DNA of 35,073 nucleotides from a virus (Duplodnaviria; Caudoviricetes). This document shows, one piece after another, positions 1 to 7,627 of the stretch. Made by a program: the position numbers and the translations under genes. The stretch's first letter is position 1. Each line of letters opens with the position of its first letter. The notes beneath the pieces are model-generated. The model searched no databases. It saw only the letters and a program-made list of their open reading frames with translations, and was not told the DNA's origin. The stretch lies in the IMG/VR virus record IMGVR_UViG_3300020044_000979, positions 1 to 35,073 of that record; one strand, 5' to 3'.

Positions 1-1340
1 TGACTTACACAGATCAGGGTTATCTCTAGCTCTTGAACCAATGTACGTAGCTTGGTCATCATTGAATCAATAGCTTTACGCTCATCACCGTTGTCTTGAC
101 CAGAGATAACAATCGATAAGTGATCCAAGAAGATAACACGACAATCACAGGCTTTAGCCATGTATCGAATCCGGTTAGCTATGTTATCAACATCACTACT
201 ACCGAAATGGTCAAACAGATAGATACGGTTAGTGCCCAGTGTAGCATCAAAAGCCTCCTTCAATTCCTGTTCAGTTGTAGGCGTATCAGGCAAGTGTAAC
301 AGCTTGTTAGCATGGAGACTCATAATACTCCGTGCTGTCTTACGAGTAGATTCCTCAAGGAAGAGCCCACCGATGTTCCACTCCGTAGTCTTCAACAGGA
401 AGTATAAGATCTCCCGAAGGAACTGACTCTTACCTAACCCGCTTCCGGCAGTAACGGTAATTAGCTCCGCTGGCCGGATACCATACAAGAGCTTATTAAG
501 TCCCTTCCAAGGGTACTGAGCCTCTGCCACAGGCTCTGGCTTGGAGATTTCCTCCCAGAGATCAGCAGCGTTAACAATACCGTCAGGCACATAAGGAGCA
601 GCCCTCCACCAAGCATTGACGAACTCCTTAGACGCACCTGACTGCAAGTATTCACAAGCATCCTTGTAGCCATCCTTGTACTGCATGATCTTGGCTTTGT
701 TACCAAACAATTCAGCCACTTCCTTAGCAGCCTTCTTACCCGGTTCATCGCCATCAAAGCAGATCACCACAGAGTCAAAGCTATTGATCCACTCGTACTG
801 GGCTTTACAATCCTTCAGCGCAGCCTGAGCACCATTACGGATACTCACTGTAGGGTAGAGAGATCCCTGCATCTGGAAAGCTGCGAGAGCATCAAGTTCT
901 CCTTCTGTGATGGTGATAGCTTTTCCTCCGGCATGAAAGAGAGACTGACCGAATAGTGTTGCTCCTGAGAAGTCTCCTGAGATGGAGAATTGTTTTGTAG
1001 GAACACTGCGTTTCTTAACAGCCGTTCTAACTCCGTCTCCGTTAGTGTAAGGATAATACTGACAGTCTCCATCAATGGTTACTCCGTATTTCTCACAGGT
1101 TGCCTGACTGATTCCTCGATCAGGGATTGATTTAAATGTGCCTTTCAGCGTAGCGTTAATGTCCATTGTGGCCTTCTTGGGTGCAATAGCATCCCTCATT
1201 ACTGTTCGTTCATCGTAAGCACCTTCGTGCTCTGTCACACCACAGGCAAAGCAGTGGGTATGGCCATCGTCATAGAGACTGTTACCGTCAGAGCTACCAC
1301 AATGCTCACAGGCGATATGTCTCAAGAACTTGCTAGTCAC
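1..1340 (-). CDS. T7 gp4-like DNA primase-helicase (runs off the left edge; absent from the ORF track)
   Basis: Manual translation from GTG at 1340: MTSKFLRHIACEHCGSSDGNSLYDDGHTHCFACG (Cys4 zinc-binding domain), TOPRIM motifs ITITEGELDALAAFQM and VICFDGDEPG, Walker A ELITVTAGSGLGKSQF, Walker B IFLDHLS. Confidence 0.93.
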   Translation of the reverse strand, partial: MTSKFLRHIACEHCGSSDGNSLYDDGHTHCFACGVTEHEGAYDERTVMRDAIAPKKATMDINATLKGTFKSIPDRGISQATCEKYGVTIDGDCQYYPYTNGDGVRTAVKKRSVPTKQFSISGDFSGATLFGQSLFHAGGKAITITEGELDALAAFQMQGSLYPTVSIRNGAQAALKDCKAQYEWINSFDSVVICFDGDEPGKKAAKEVAELFGNKAKIMQYKDGYKDACEYLQSGASKEFVNAWWRAAPYVPDGIVNAADLWEEISKPEPVAEAQYPWKGLNKLLYGIRPAELITVTAGSGLGKSQFLREILYFLLKTTEWNIGGLFLEESTRKTARSIMSLHANKLLHLPDTPTTEQELKEAFDATLGTNRIYLFDHFGSSDVDNIANRIRYMAKACDCRVIFLDHLSIVISGQDNGDERKAIDSMMTKLRTLVQELEITLICVS

Positions 1341-1581
1341 TATTCTTCTCCTTAAGCTCGGCTTTAATCAGATTAGCAGCCACATGCCAGTAATTGTGAT
1401 TGTTTTTAGATACTTCGTGCTGAATCATCAACAAATTAACTGCATTATCAATAGCTGCGTCCCATCCAGCTTTAAACTGGTTGTATCTTCGCTGCATACT
1501 TTTCATGCCTTCTTCAGTGACTGGTACAGCATAATCTTCAAATTCTCGCCATGCCTGATTCCTGTGGTAGTTTGCAGTCAT
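1333..1581 (-). CDS. hypothetical phage protein
   Basis: 82 aa ORF overlapping both neighbours, consistent with translational coupling. Confidence 0.6.
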   Translation of the reverse strand: MTANYHRNQAWREFEDYAVPVTEEGMKSMQRRYNQFKAGWDAAIDNAVNLLMIQHEVSKNNHNYWHVAANLIKAELKEKNSD

Positions 1582-1805
1582 AGGTCATACCCTAAAAAGA
1601 ATTTGATCTGTTGGTACACGCTGTTACGGGCGCTGTTGTCGGACTGGTATACGTTCCACCCAGCATAGAGCATCTCTGTCTCTGCTCGGCGCAGTAAGTC
1701 GAGCGCACGATCGTTATCTCTCACCACCGCATCGTGGATGATTAGGTACGGGCAGTCGCACTCAATGCCTACTGGCTTCTGGTTCATGTTGTGATCTCCA
1801 CTCAT
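1578..1805 (-). CDS. hypothetical phage protein
   Basis: 75 aa ORF with ATGA overlaps at both ends. Confidence 0.6.
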   Translation of the reverse strand: MSGDHNMNQKPVGIECDCPYLIIHDAVVRDNDRALDLLRRAETEMLYAGWNVYQSDNSARNSVYQQIKFFLGYDL

Positions 1806-2482
1806 GTGTTCTTTTCCTTCAGTTTGGCTTCGATGGCTCGGGCAAAGTCTTTGTAATCTTGTAAATCAAAGTCATTGCCGCAGTACGGAACAAGAAAATC
1901 AAAGTCCTCACCCGTCAGCCCAACCCATGTGCGCTGTGCTGTTAGTCGCTTACGTTCTTGCTCAAGTTCATCCGCATATCTCCATCCTTCACGTTCAGAC
2001 CTTTTTAAATCTTGCAGTTCTTCCTGCACAGGTGCTGGCTGCGCAGCAAGGGCTTGCTCAAGAATTGGCTGGCCTTTCGTGATGCCGTGGGCGGCTACCC
2101 GCTGACAAATGAAGCGAACACACTCTGCTGAGAGTTGCTGTTCTGTAATGTCTTCAGGCCCAAATGTTTCAATGTGCTTTGCCATGTCCAGCAGTATTTG
2201 GTGTGCTTGCTCATCCGTCAGCGGCACAGGTGCTGGCTGTGCGGGTGGGGTCGTGTAGAGCAATGTCCCTATTGGCAGTCCGTTAATGTCGGATTCCTCA
2301 AAATCAATGCCTCGTTTGCCCGGTGCTCTATAACAGACCCACGCCACAGGCTCCTGCACAGGTGCTGAACGGGCTTGCTTGATGGCGGTGATGGCTTCTT
2401 GACTAACTTCGTTTTCATAGCCGTCATCACGCGCAAAACGCAACGCCTTCAGCGCCAGCTTCAATGCTTCGTCTTTGGTCAT
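1802..2482 (-). CDS. modular hypothetical protein with (AQ)PAPVQEPVAW / LYTTP / WVGLT blocks
   Basis: Likely start MTKDEALKLAL (ATG 2482). Internal repeated linkers SAPVQEPVAW, AQPAPVPLT, AQPAPVQEE. Confidence 0.75.
   Translation of the reverse strand: MTKDEALKLALKALRFARDDGYENEVSQEAITAIKQARSAPVQEPVAWVCYRAPGKRGIDFEESDINGLPIGTLLYTTPPAQPAPVPLTDEQAHQILLDMAKHIETFGPEDITEQQLSAECVRFICQRVAAHGITKGQPILEQALAAQPAPVQEELQDLKRSEREGWRYADELEQERKRLTAQRTWVGLTGEDFDFLVPYCGNDFDLQDYKDFARAIEAKLKEKNT
2021..2379. repeat. three dispersed copies of a GCACAGGTGCTG-core repeat (~2021-2043, ~2224-2242, ~2351-2379)
   Basis: ttcctgcacaggtgctggctgcg / gcacaggtgctggctgtgc / ctcctgcacaggtgctgaacgggcttgct; each encodes an APV(Q) linker. 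Confidence 0.85.
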
Positions 2483-2625
2483 AGCCTTTTCCTTGCCTTG
2501 CATTTGTCCTGCTCTGGTTGTGCCAACTCTTGGCAGTCTGTTGGATTGTTCGTCCTCGGTGCGTACAACAGCACCAGCACAGCAGCGATGGCCCATATGA
2601 TGATGGCTTTAGACAAGAGCGTCAC
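2479..2625 (-). CDS. small membrane-anchored protein (~48 aa)
   Basis: GTG start (2625 or 2637): MTLLSKAIIIWAIAAVLVLLYAPRTNNPTDCQELAQPEQDKCKARKRL. Its stop overlaps the next ATG. Confidence 0.55.
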   Translation of the reverse strand: MTLLSKAIIIWAIAAVLVLLYAPRTNNPTDCQELAQPEQDKCKARKRL

Positions 2626-2716
2626 CTGCGTTATCACGCTTTTGTTTTTCGTATTGTTTGATTTGTTCTGGTGTCCAAGATGTTGGGCCAGATGCTGGAG
2701 GAAAGGGCCACATCAT
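2609..2716 (-). CDS. MWPFPP micropeptide, copy 1 (35 aa)
   Basis: MMWPFPPASGPTSWTPEQIKQYEKQKRDNAGDALV; ATGA coupling to the upstream ORF; paralog at 4284-4388. Confidence 0.7.
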   Translation of the reverse strand: MMWPFPPASGPTSWTPEQIKQYEKQKRDNAGDALV

Positions 2717-2967
2717 GTCCCCTTAGTGCCCCGATCGGGCATAGATTCGTTTTCTGCAAGAGTTTTAAGCTGGACATACAAATTGTCCAAGACGAGGTCG
2801 CCAAAGCTGCGGCTGCAATAGTGCGACCAAAACCACACGGCTTCTTCCCAGTGCATATCTCGAAACAGCCTGTCACGCACAAAAGCGCCGGGGCTGTTTG
2901 GCATGTAGCATTCTTTGCTGTCATCAATTTCTGCCTGCATTGCTGCGGCAATTGCTGCGTAATTCAT
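2713..2967 (-). CDS. hypothetical phage protein
   Basis: 84 aa, AGGA RBS, first gene after a promoter-like region. Confidence 0.7.
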   Translation of the reverse strand: MNYAAIAAAMQAEIDDSKECYMPNSPGAFVRDRLFRDMHWEEAVWFWSHYCSRSFGDLVLDNLYVQLKTLAENESMPDRGTKGT

Positions 2968-2972
2968 GTTTG

Positions 2973-3048
2973 TCCTATCTTGTTGCCGATGCCTTGATTA
3001 TCAGAAAAGCGAAGCATTTGCACATCAGTACAAACCCTATTAGGGTTT
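2973..3048 (-). promoter_or_regulatory. putative promoter with palindromic operator-like site
   Basis: Inverted repeat AAACCCTA-T-TAGGGTTT (3032-3048), -10-like GATAAT (3002-2997), then CAACAAGATAGGA before the ATG. Confidence 0.5.
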
Positions 3049-3360
3049 TGGGATGCCTTCAGGCCACAACCCAAGCTCTGATAGCTTTTCCACCGTCCTG
3101 TCGTGAGCAACCCGCCACATGCCTTTGCGCTCTCCTTTGGTCATCATTGCGCCTTGGTCAAGTTCGCCGTGGCATGAGTAGCAAAGGCTAGCAATCAGGT
3201 TGTCATCAGCTTTGATGCCGCGACCTTTGCCACCACCCCAGTTTGTGTGAGCCGCCACAATGGTTCCGTCATCAGCGCCGCACCACTGGCAGGGAATCTG
3301 TCTGGCGTTCTCCAGCAGCTTTTTGCTGCGGATGTAGTTATGCTTTGGGAACATCATCAA
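3040..3360 (-). CDS. YbcO/DUF1364-like Zn-binding HNH-type nuclease
   Basis: IRSKKLLENAR..CQWCG..VAAH..GKGRGIKADD..LCYSCH motif; located in a Nin-like region. Confidence 0.75.
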   Translation of the reverse strand: MMMFPKHNYIRSKKLLENARQIPCQWCGADDGTIVAAHTNWGGGKGRGIKADDNLIASLCYSCHGELDQGAMMTKGERKGMWRVAHDRTVEKLSELGLWPEGIPKP

Positions 3361-3658
3361 TCGTCACTCCATTTGTGTTGGCCCAATACAACAGCCACTC
3401 GGTAAAGCTGATGGCTTGCTCTTTGGTAAAGCGCCTGCTTTGGTGGCCGAGCTGGACAATGCGTTCACCATCAATGCTTGGCATAACTTTGCTGATGGTG
3501 GACATGTGGCCGCTTTCGTGTGCCCACTGGTCAATCAGAAACCGCTTCCATGACTCTTGATTCCAGCGACTGCCATGCAATTGGCTTTGCTTGGCAATCT
3601 GGCCGATGATGGAGTGGTAAAGTTTCTCCTGATCTCGGCTTTTCATGTCAGGAGCCAT
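3338..3658 (-). CDS. ninB: NinB (Orf)-family recombination protein
   Basis: KSRDQEKLYHSIIGQIAKQ..W..ESWK..QSRRFTKEQ..FTEWL..W..GV matches the NinB pattern. Confidence 0.75.
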   Translation of the reverse strand: MAPDMKSRDQEKLYHSIIGQIAKQSQLHGSRWNQESWKRFLIDQWAHESGHMSTISKVMPSIDGERIVQLGHQSRRFTKEQAISFTEWLLYWANTNGVTIDDVPKA

Positions 3659-4076
3659 TGTGGTTCCTCAGTTGCCAAGCAACCATAGCTGCGTCACGTT
3701 CGTGCTGGTTTGACCTTGCTGACCAGCCAGTAAGTCCATTAAAGTCCTCTGCGTTCATCTTGCCGCCTTTTGCTTTAGGGCTGACTCGCATAAACTTGAT
3801 GTCATAACGGCTGCATGTTTCCTCAATCAAGGAACACAGCGCATCGACTTGACCAATCTTCCGGGCAATGTTGTTTGCCACAGCTTTGTTCTTGGAAGGA
3901 ATCCACACAGCGCTTTGCAGGCGACTATCCTCAAATACAAACAACTCCGCTTCGCTTGTCACAATTTGCGCGTAAATATCAATGGGCTGAATCGTCTGCA
4001 AACCCATCAACTTGCCATCAATGTATGTTGCCCAGCCTGTGTTGACTCCGGGGTCAATTCCCACTATTTGTTTCAT
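3648..4076 (-). CDS. RuvC-like Holliday junction resolvase
   Basis: Start MKQIVGIDPGVNTGWA; VFED and NQHERDAA acidic motifs of the RNase H fold. Confidence 0.75.
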   Translation of the reverse strand: MKQIVGIDPGVNTGWATYIDGKLMGLQTIQPIDIYAQIVTSEAELFVFEDSRLQSAVWIPSKNKAVANNIARKIGQVDALCSLIEETCSRYDIKFMRVSPKAKGGKMNAEDFNGLTGWSARSNQHERDAAMVAWQLRNHNGS

Positions 4077-4287
4077 CTTTAGCCTTTTTTGCCTCGCAGC
4101 ATTGCTTGCAAATAAATTTGAAAAAATTAGGCTGAGCAATTAAAGAGCCTCCAGCAACTGGTTTGTCTTTTTGACACTTCCAGCACATTTTTCTTTTTGT
4201 CCATTCCCTCTTTACTCGCAACTCTTCAGTTTTTGAAGACAATGCTTGTTTTCCGGGGTGAAATGCGCTTCCAAGGTTATCGCTCAT
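4054..4287 (-). CDS. small Zn-finger protein
   Basis: CWKC...CKQC. Confidence 0.6.
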   Translation of the reverse strand: MSDNLGSAFHPGKQALSSKTEELRVKREWTKRKMCWKCQKDKPVAGGSLIAQPNFFKFICKQCCEAKKAKDETNSGN

Positions 4288-4388
4288 AACGGAGCCTCGC
4301 CAGCTTCTTCACGTTGCTGCTTGGCATACGCCTGCTTTTGCTTGTTTGTCCAAGGCACTGGGCCTGTTGAGGGTGGAAAGGGCCACAT
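4284..4388 (-). CDS. MWPFPP micropeptide, copy 2 (34 aa)
   Basis: MWPFPPSTGPVPWTNKQKQAYAKQQREEAGEAPL; TAATG coupling upstream and ATGA coupling downstream. Confidence 0.75.
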   Translation of the reverse strand: MWPFPPSTGPVPWTNKQKQAYAKQQREEAGEAPL

Positions 4389-4645
4389 TACGCTCCCCTC
4401 GCTTTCAGCATGGCATCTGCTATGGCATAAGCCGTTTCAGCCAAAACATCACAACCATTACCATCTGCAAAAATTGAATTTTTCTTGTTAAGAACAGCAT
4501 CCCAAATTTGAGCGCCAGTCATTGCTTGTGCTGCAAAGTAGTCGCGCAGGGTCATGCCTTCATATGGTTTGCGGTATTCGCCATGCTCATCAATGCCAAG
4601 CACTTCGCAAGGAAACGCTGGCCCGCCTGTGTTTGTATTACTCAT
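4388..4645 (-). CDS. conserved phage protein (GGPAFP...GMTLRDYFAA family)
   Basis: Start MSNTNTGGPAFP; GMTLRDYFAAQAM and AYAIADAMLKAR motifs, common in phage hypothetical proteins. Confidence 0.8.
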   Translation of the reverse strand: MSNTNTGGPAFPCEVLGIDEHGEYRKPYEGMTLRDYFAAQAMTGAQIWDAVLNKKNSIFADGNGCDVLAETAYAIADAMLKARGA

Positions 4646-4863
4646 TCCAATTCTCCATCTTGTAGTTTCTTCATGTAACCACGAATTCTTGCGACAGAAC
4701 CCGTGCCGTACTTTCTCTCTAACCATTCAATGCGAACGGGTGTCAGAACCTTTTGGCCTGTTGACTCGTAAGTCCTGAACAGAACTCTCGCCTCGCCAAG
4801 CTCAATTTGGTATCTGTCACCTTCGTTGCTAACTGCTCTGCGGGTCATCATGCCAACGTCCAC
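4642..4863 (-). CDS. hypothetical phage protein
   Basis: Coupled ORF within the operon; start uncertain. Confidence 0.6.
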   Translation of the reverse strand: MDVGMMTRRAVSNEGDRYQIELGEARVLFRTYESTGQKVLTPVRIEWLERKYGTGSVARIRGYMKKLQDGELE

Positions 4864-5033
4864 TTGCGATTTTCACGTTTAATTGCTCCAATTTCGTCAA
4901 GGTATTGCAGGACAGAGTGAACGTGTGCTTTTGTCCAGCCAGTGATTTCAACGATTTCATGGCGTTTAAGTGCGCCATGCTCAAGGAGCTTTTTCAATGC
5001 GTAACTTTTTGTCATGCTTGCAATTGTCTCCAA
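4848..5033 (-). CDS. small winged-HTH protein
   Basis: LLEHGALKRHEIVEITGWTKAHVHSVLQYL..GAI pattern. Confidence 0.6.
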   Translation of the reverse strand: METIASMTKSYALKKLLEHGALKRHEIVEITGWTKAHVHSVLQYLDEIGAIKRENRKWTLA

Positions 5034-5296
5034 GTAGTGACTGGCCTGCCATTGGTATAAACCCTATCTGTTGGGTGTGGGCAATCTTCAGGAACCTCGA
5101 CCACGCAATAAACTTTGCGAAACTGCCCATTCCTTCCTGTTATCCAGCGATCCACATACACATCCGGCATTGCCTTGATTGCTGTCGCAACATTTGCAAC
5201 TTCAATTTTCAGCATGTCAGACAACTCCTGTCTTGTTAATCCAGTTCCGTGATTTTTTAAGCACTCACGGATGGCTTGTTGTCTTGTGGCTCTCAT
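5012..5296 (-). CDS. HTH DNA-binding protein
   Basis: IRECLKNHGTGLTRQELSDML..VATAIKAMPDVYVDRW. Confidence 0.65.
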   Translation of the reverse strand: MRATRQQAIRECLKNHGTGLTRQELSDMLKIEVANVATAIKAMPDVYVDRWITGRNGQFRKVYCVVEVPEDCPHPTDRVYTNGRPVTTWRQLQA

Positions 5297-6108
5297 ACTT
5301 TTCTCAAAACAGAATTGATTTGTTGACGAATGTGAGCAGGCATGGGAGCTGCGTTTTGACGATCTGCCTCAATTTTGAGCAGCACAGGGTCAGGGCCAGT
5401 GTGTTGTGCAGGGACTGTTGACCGGGCAACGTCAGCAGCTTGTTGGGCAAAGGATTGCCGTTCATGTGGTTTAAGCCAATCAGCCTCAAGACCTTGAGAA
5501 CCCCTGCGACACCAAATAACCAGAAAATCGTTAAACGACATATTTGCCTTGACCGCCTCTTTCTGTGCAGATTCAACAACAGTTTCAGTGACCGGAGCTT
5601 TCTTCATTTTGCGAAGTGTTAGCCAATCTTTCCAAACCTGTTCTTTGACATCAGGTGGGCAAGCAACGACAGTTGCTGCGACTTTAGGAGCCTTCCTTTC
5701 CACTTCCATTTCCTTTCCATTCCTTTCCTTTCCAGTAGGTAGGACTACGGTAGTGGTGTTGTAGTCTTGTCGTAACTCGCATAAGTCCTTGATTTTGCTA
5801 GGAGTTTTCTTGTTTATGACTTGATGCTTTTCAAAGTTAGCAACCTTGCCATAAGTCTTGGCATCAGAGCCAGAAAACACCTCTATGTAACCAATACGAG
5901 ACAACTCCAGTAGTAGTGCGGGAGTTGGATTGGTCAATGTTCTCAATGGAAAAACATCAGACTCGACCAACTTTGGATTGGCGTTGAAATACCCTTCGTC
6001 ATCGCAATGGTTAAGAAGGCCAATTGCAAGCAATGCGGCCTCGGCAGAAATTGATGCCAGAACTTCATCCCGCCAAAATTCTGGTTTGATTGTGCGAATT
6101 CGTGCCAT
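5293..6108 (-). CDS. phage replication initiator (lambda O-like / replisome organizer)
   Basis: MARIRTIKPEFW N-terminus, DDEGYF, NFEKHQ, low-complexity linker, C-terminal W..W...RK..K.P.T..W..RGSQGL domain. Confidence 0.8.
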   Translation of the reverse strand: MARIRTIKPEFWRDEVLASISAEAALLAIGLLNHCDDEGYFNANPKLVESDVFPLRTLTNPTPALLLELSRIGYIEVFSGSDAKTYGKVANFEKHQVINKKTPSKIKDLCELRQDYNTTTVVLPTGKERNGKEMEVERKAPKVAATVVACPPDVKEQVWKDWLTLRKMKKAPVTETVVESAQKEAVKANMSFNDFLVIWCRRGSQGLEADWLKPHERQSFAQQAADVARSTVPAQHTGPDPVLLKIEADRQNAAPMPAHIRQQINSVLRKV

Positions 6109-6111
6109 GTC

Positions 6112-6510
6112 TTATCCGTACATTACTTCATAAAGTGATTGCCCAGCTTGAAAAAAGTTTTTTTCATATTTGAGCTCTCGCTTCACATCGTGTCCTATGT
6201 ATCCAGCAAGAAGAAAATAAATTTCATCAATATTTTTAGGACCATCAACAGGTATTCGCGCAATCAAATCAAAAAACAATTCTTCTCTCTCATGCTGAAT
6301 AACATGACATTCTTTGCACAAACAAACAAGTTGGTCATTGTCGTATTGCCACACCTCACGACCTTTTAAATAATGCTTGTGATGAACATGAAGGGTTTTC
6401 TCACCATCTCCGCAGTATTCGCAATGAAATTCTGCCCTATCAAGTATCTCAAGACGTTTTTTCTGCCAACGAGGATCAAGCAATTGTTCAGAGTAGGACT
6501 TCTTTGCCAT
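6112..6510 (-). CDS. HNH endonuclease
   Basis: Start MAKKSYSEQLLDPRWQKKRLEI; CEYC..LHVHH..LVCLCKECH; AT-rich. Confidence 0.85.
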   Translation of the reverse strand: MAKKSYSEQLLDPRWQKKRLEILDRAEFHCEYCGDGEKTLHVHHKHYLKGREVWQYDNDQLVCLCKECHVIQHEREELFFDLIARIPVDGPKNIDEIYFLLAGYIGHDVKRELKYEKNFFQAGQSLYEVMYG

Positions 6511-6523
6511 GTAAATCTCCAAT

Positions 6524-6630
6524 AAAAAACCCCTGAAGACCGGAGGTACGAGCTCCAGAACTTCAGGGGTCAGCCTGTGACGGCTTAGATGTATCAGCGT
6601 CTCGTACACGCCACATCTAAACCGTCTGAC
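6524..6630 (-). ncRNA. two-hairpin leader with complementary loops; second hairpin terminator-like
   Basis: Stems 6579-6592/6613-6626 and 6529-6538/6561-6570. Loops 6601-6607 (CTCGTAC) and 6546-6552 (GTACGAG) are exact reverse complements. A U-tract follows on the minus strand. Confidence 0.65.
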
Positions 6631-6646
6631 TAAACTATACCACCAA

Positions 6647-7051
6647 TCAGGCGCGACTGTAAATGGTGATGGGTTTGTTCTGATGGTACTTCTGAGTCAT
6701 CCGGGCCACCTCTCGATTGTCAAACATGCCCTTGGCTGTCTTGCCCCAATCAAAAGCGTTGCCCTTGGACTTGATCGTTCCATCTTCCCATTTTTCGCTG
6801 ACCTTTACTTCACGCTTGACTTCTTCAACCTGCATGAACTTTTTGTTTGTCAGCTTGAAGTAATGGTTCAGCTTTTGAGTTGCCCCTTCGCGCTTGATGC
6901 AGTCAAGTTCAATGAAGCCTTCATTCAGCAAAGCCTCTTTGATTGTGGCCGGTGAAACGTCAAACCTATGACTCATTCTGTTTGCAACTTTTCTCTGACT
7001 TACTGGCCCGTTTTCAAGGCACATTAAATAGAACTGTTTTGCTTGTAGCAT
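6647..7051 (-). CDS. putative winged-HTH protein
   Basis: Likely start MLQAKQFYL; GPVSQRKVA..SPATIKEALLNEGFIEL. Confidence 0.6.
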   Translation of the reverse strand: MLQAKQFYLMCLENGPVSQRKVANRMSHRFDVSPATIKEALLNEGFIELDCIKREGATQKLNHYFKLTNKKFMQVEEVKREVKVSEKWEDGTIKSKGNAFDWGKTAKGMFDNREVARMTQKYHQNKPITIYSRA

Positions 7052-7215
7052 ATTTGCACTTCCTTTTTGGTGATGATTTCGATTGCTCTGGCAAGGATTG
7101 ACGTAGCGGCGGCATCCCAATCTCCCGGATGGGGACAATTGGTGTAAGCCTCAAGCATTGCCAAGTCTCGTATGTGTTGTGCTGAGTCTTGCTCAAGCTC
7201 GTCTGGTGTTTTCAT
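7024..7215 (-). CDS. hypothetical phage protein
   Basis: First ORF of the leftward operon. Confidence 0.55.
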   Translation of the reverse strand: MKTPDELEQDSAQHIRDLAMLEAYTNCPHPGDWDAAATSILARAIEIITKKEVQICYKQNSSI

Positions 7216-7321
7216 GCGCTAAAGACTATCACTATTTTTTGATTTGCAATACAGGGAAAACCCCTATGTTTTTTATGTGTTGACTGGATTACAGTTGAGA
7301 CTCAACAAGACAGGAGTTCAC
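7216..7321. promoter_or_regulatory. divergent promoter region with operator-like palindrome
   Basis: Gene orientation diverges here. CAGGGAAAACCCCTA (7252-7266), -10-like TACAGT (7290-7295), CAACAAGACAGGA (7303-7315). Confidence 0.6.
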
Positions 7322-7477
7322 ATGAACATTGCACTTTTACGCCACGCACGGCGAATCTTCCAGACATACAATGCTTCCCCTGAAGTCATCCGCAGCTACC
7401 AGCGCAAGTGGGCGCGATCTGTTCACCAGCTTGGCTCTAACTGGCTTTTAGCTGAACATGTCGTGAGGGTTAAGTAA
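7322..7477 (+). CDS. hypothetical protein (51 aa)
   Basis: AGGAG RBS; MNIALLRHARRIF..YQRKWARSVHQLGSNWLLA. Confidence 0.7.
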   Translation: MNIALLRHARRIFQTYNASPEVIRSYQRKWARSVHQLGSNWLLAEHVVRVK

Positions 7478-7626
7478 TGAGTTGGATTATTGGATTTGCC
7501 TGCATCTTTGCATGGTTTACACACATCTTCACCTGCTTTGCCGAGGGCTTGTGGGGCTTTCTGATTGCTGGAGCTTTGCTGTTCCCAATTGGAATTTTGC
7601 ACGGATTTTTTCTTTGGTTTAGATGA
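7477..7626 (+). CDS. small two-TM membrane protein (49 aa; not in ORF track)
   Basis: MSWIIGFACIFAWFTHIFTCFAEGLWGFLIAGALLFPIGILHGFFLWFR; TAATG coupling. Confidence 0.7.
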   Translation: MSWIIGFACIFAWFTHIFTCFAEGLWGFLIAGALLFPIGILHGFFLWFR

Positions 7627-7627
7627 C

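Noticed and set aside
232-1075. Short ORFs 232-426, 461-757 and 845-1075 in the ORF track
   Set aside because: They are alternative frames within the primase-helicase gene, which the track missed because it has no stop in the window.
2483-2951. Track ORF 2634-2951 and the extension of 1802-2596
   Set aside because: The region is better tiled by the coupled ORFs 2713-2967, 2609-2716, 2479-2625 and 1802-2482.
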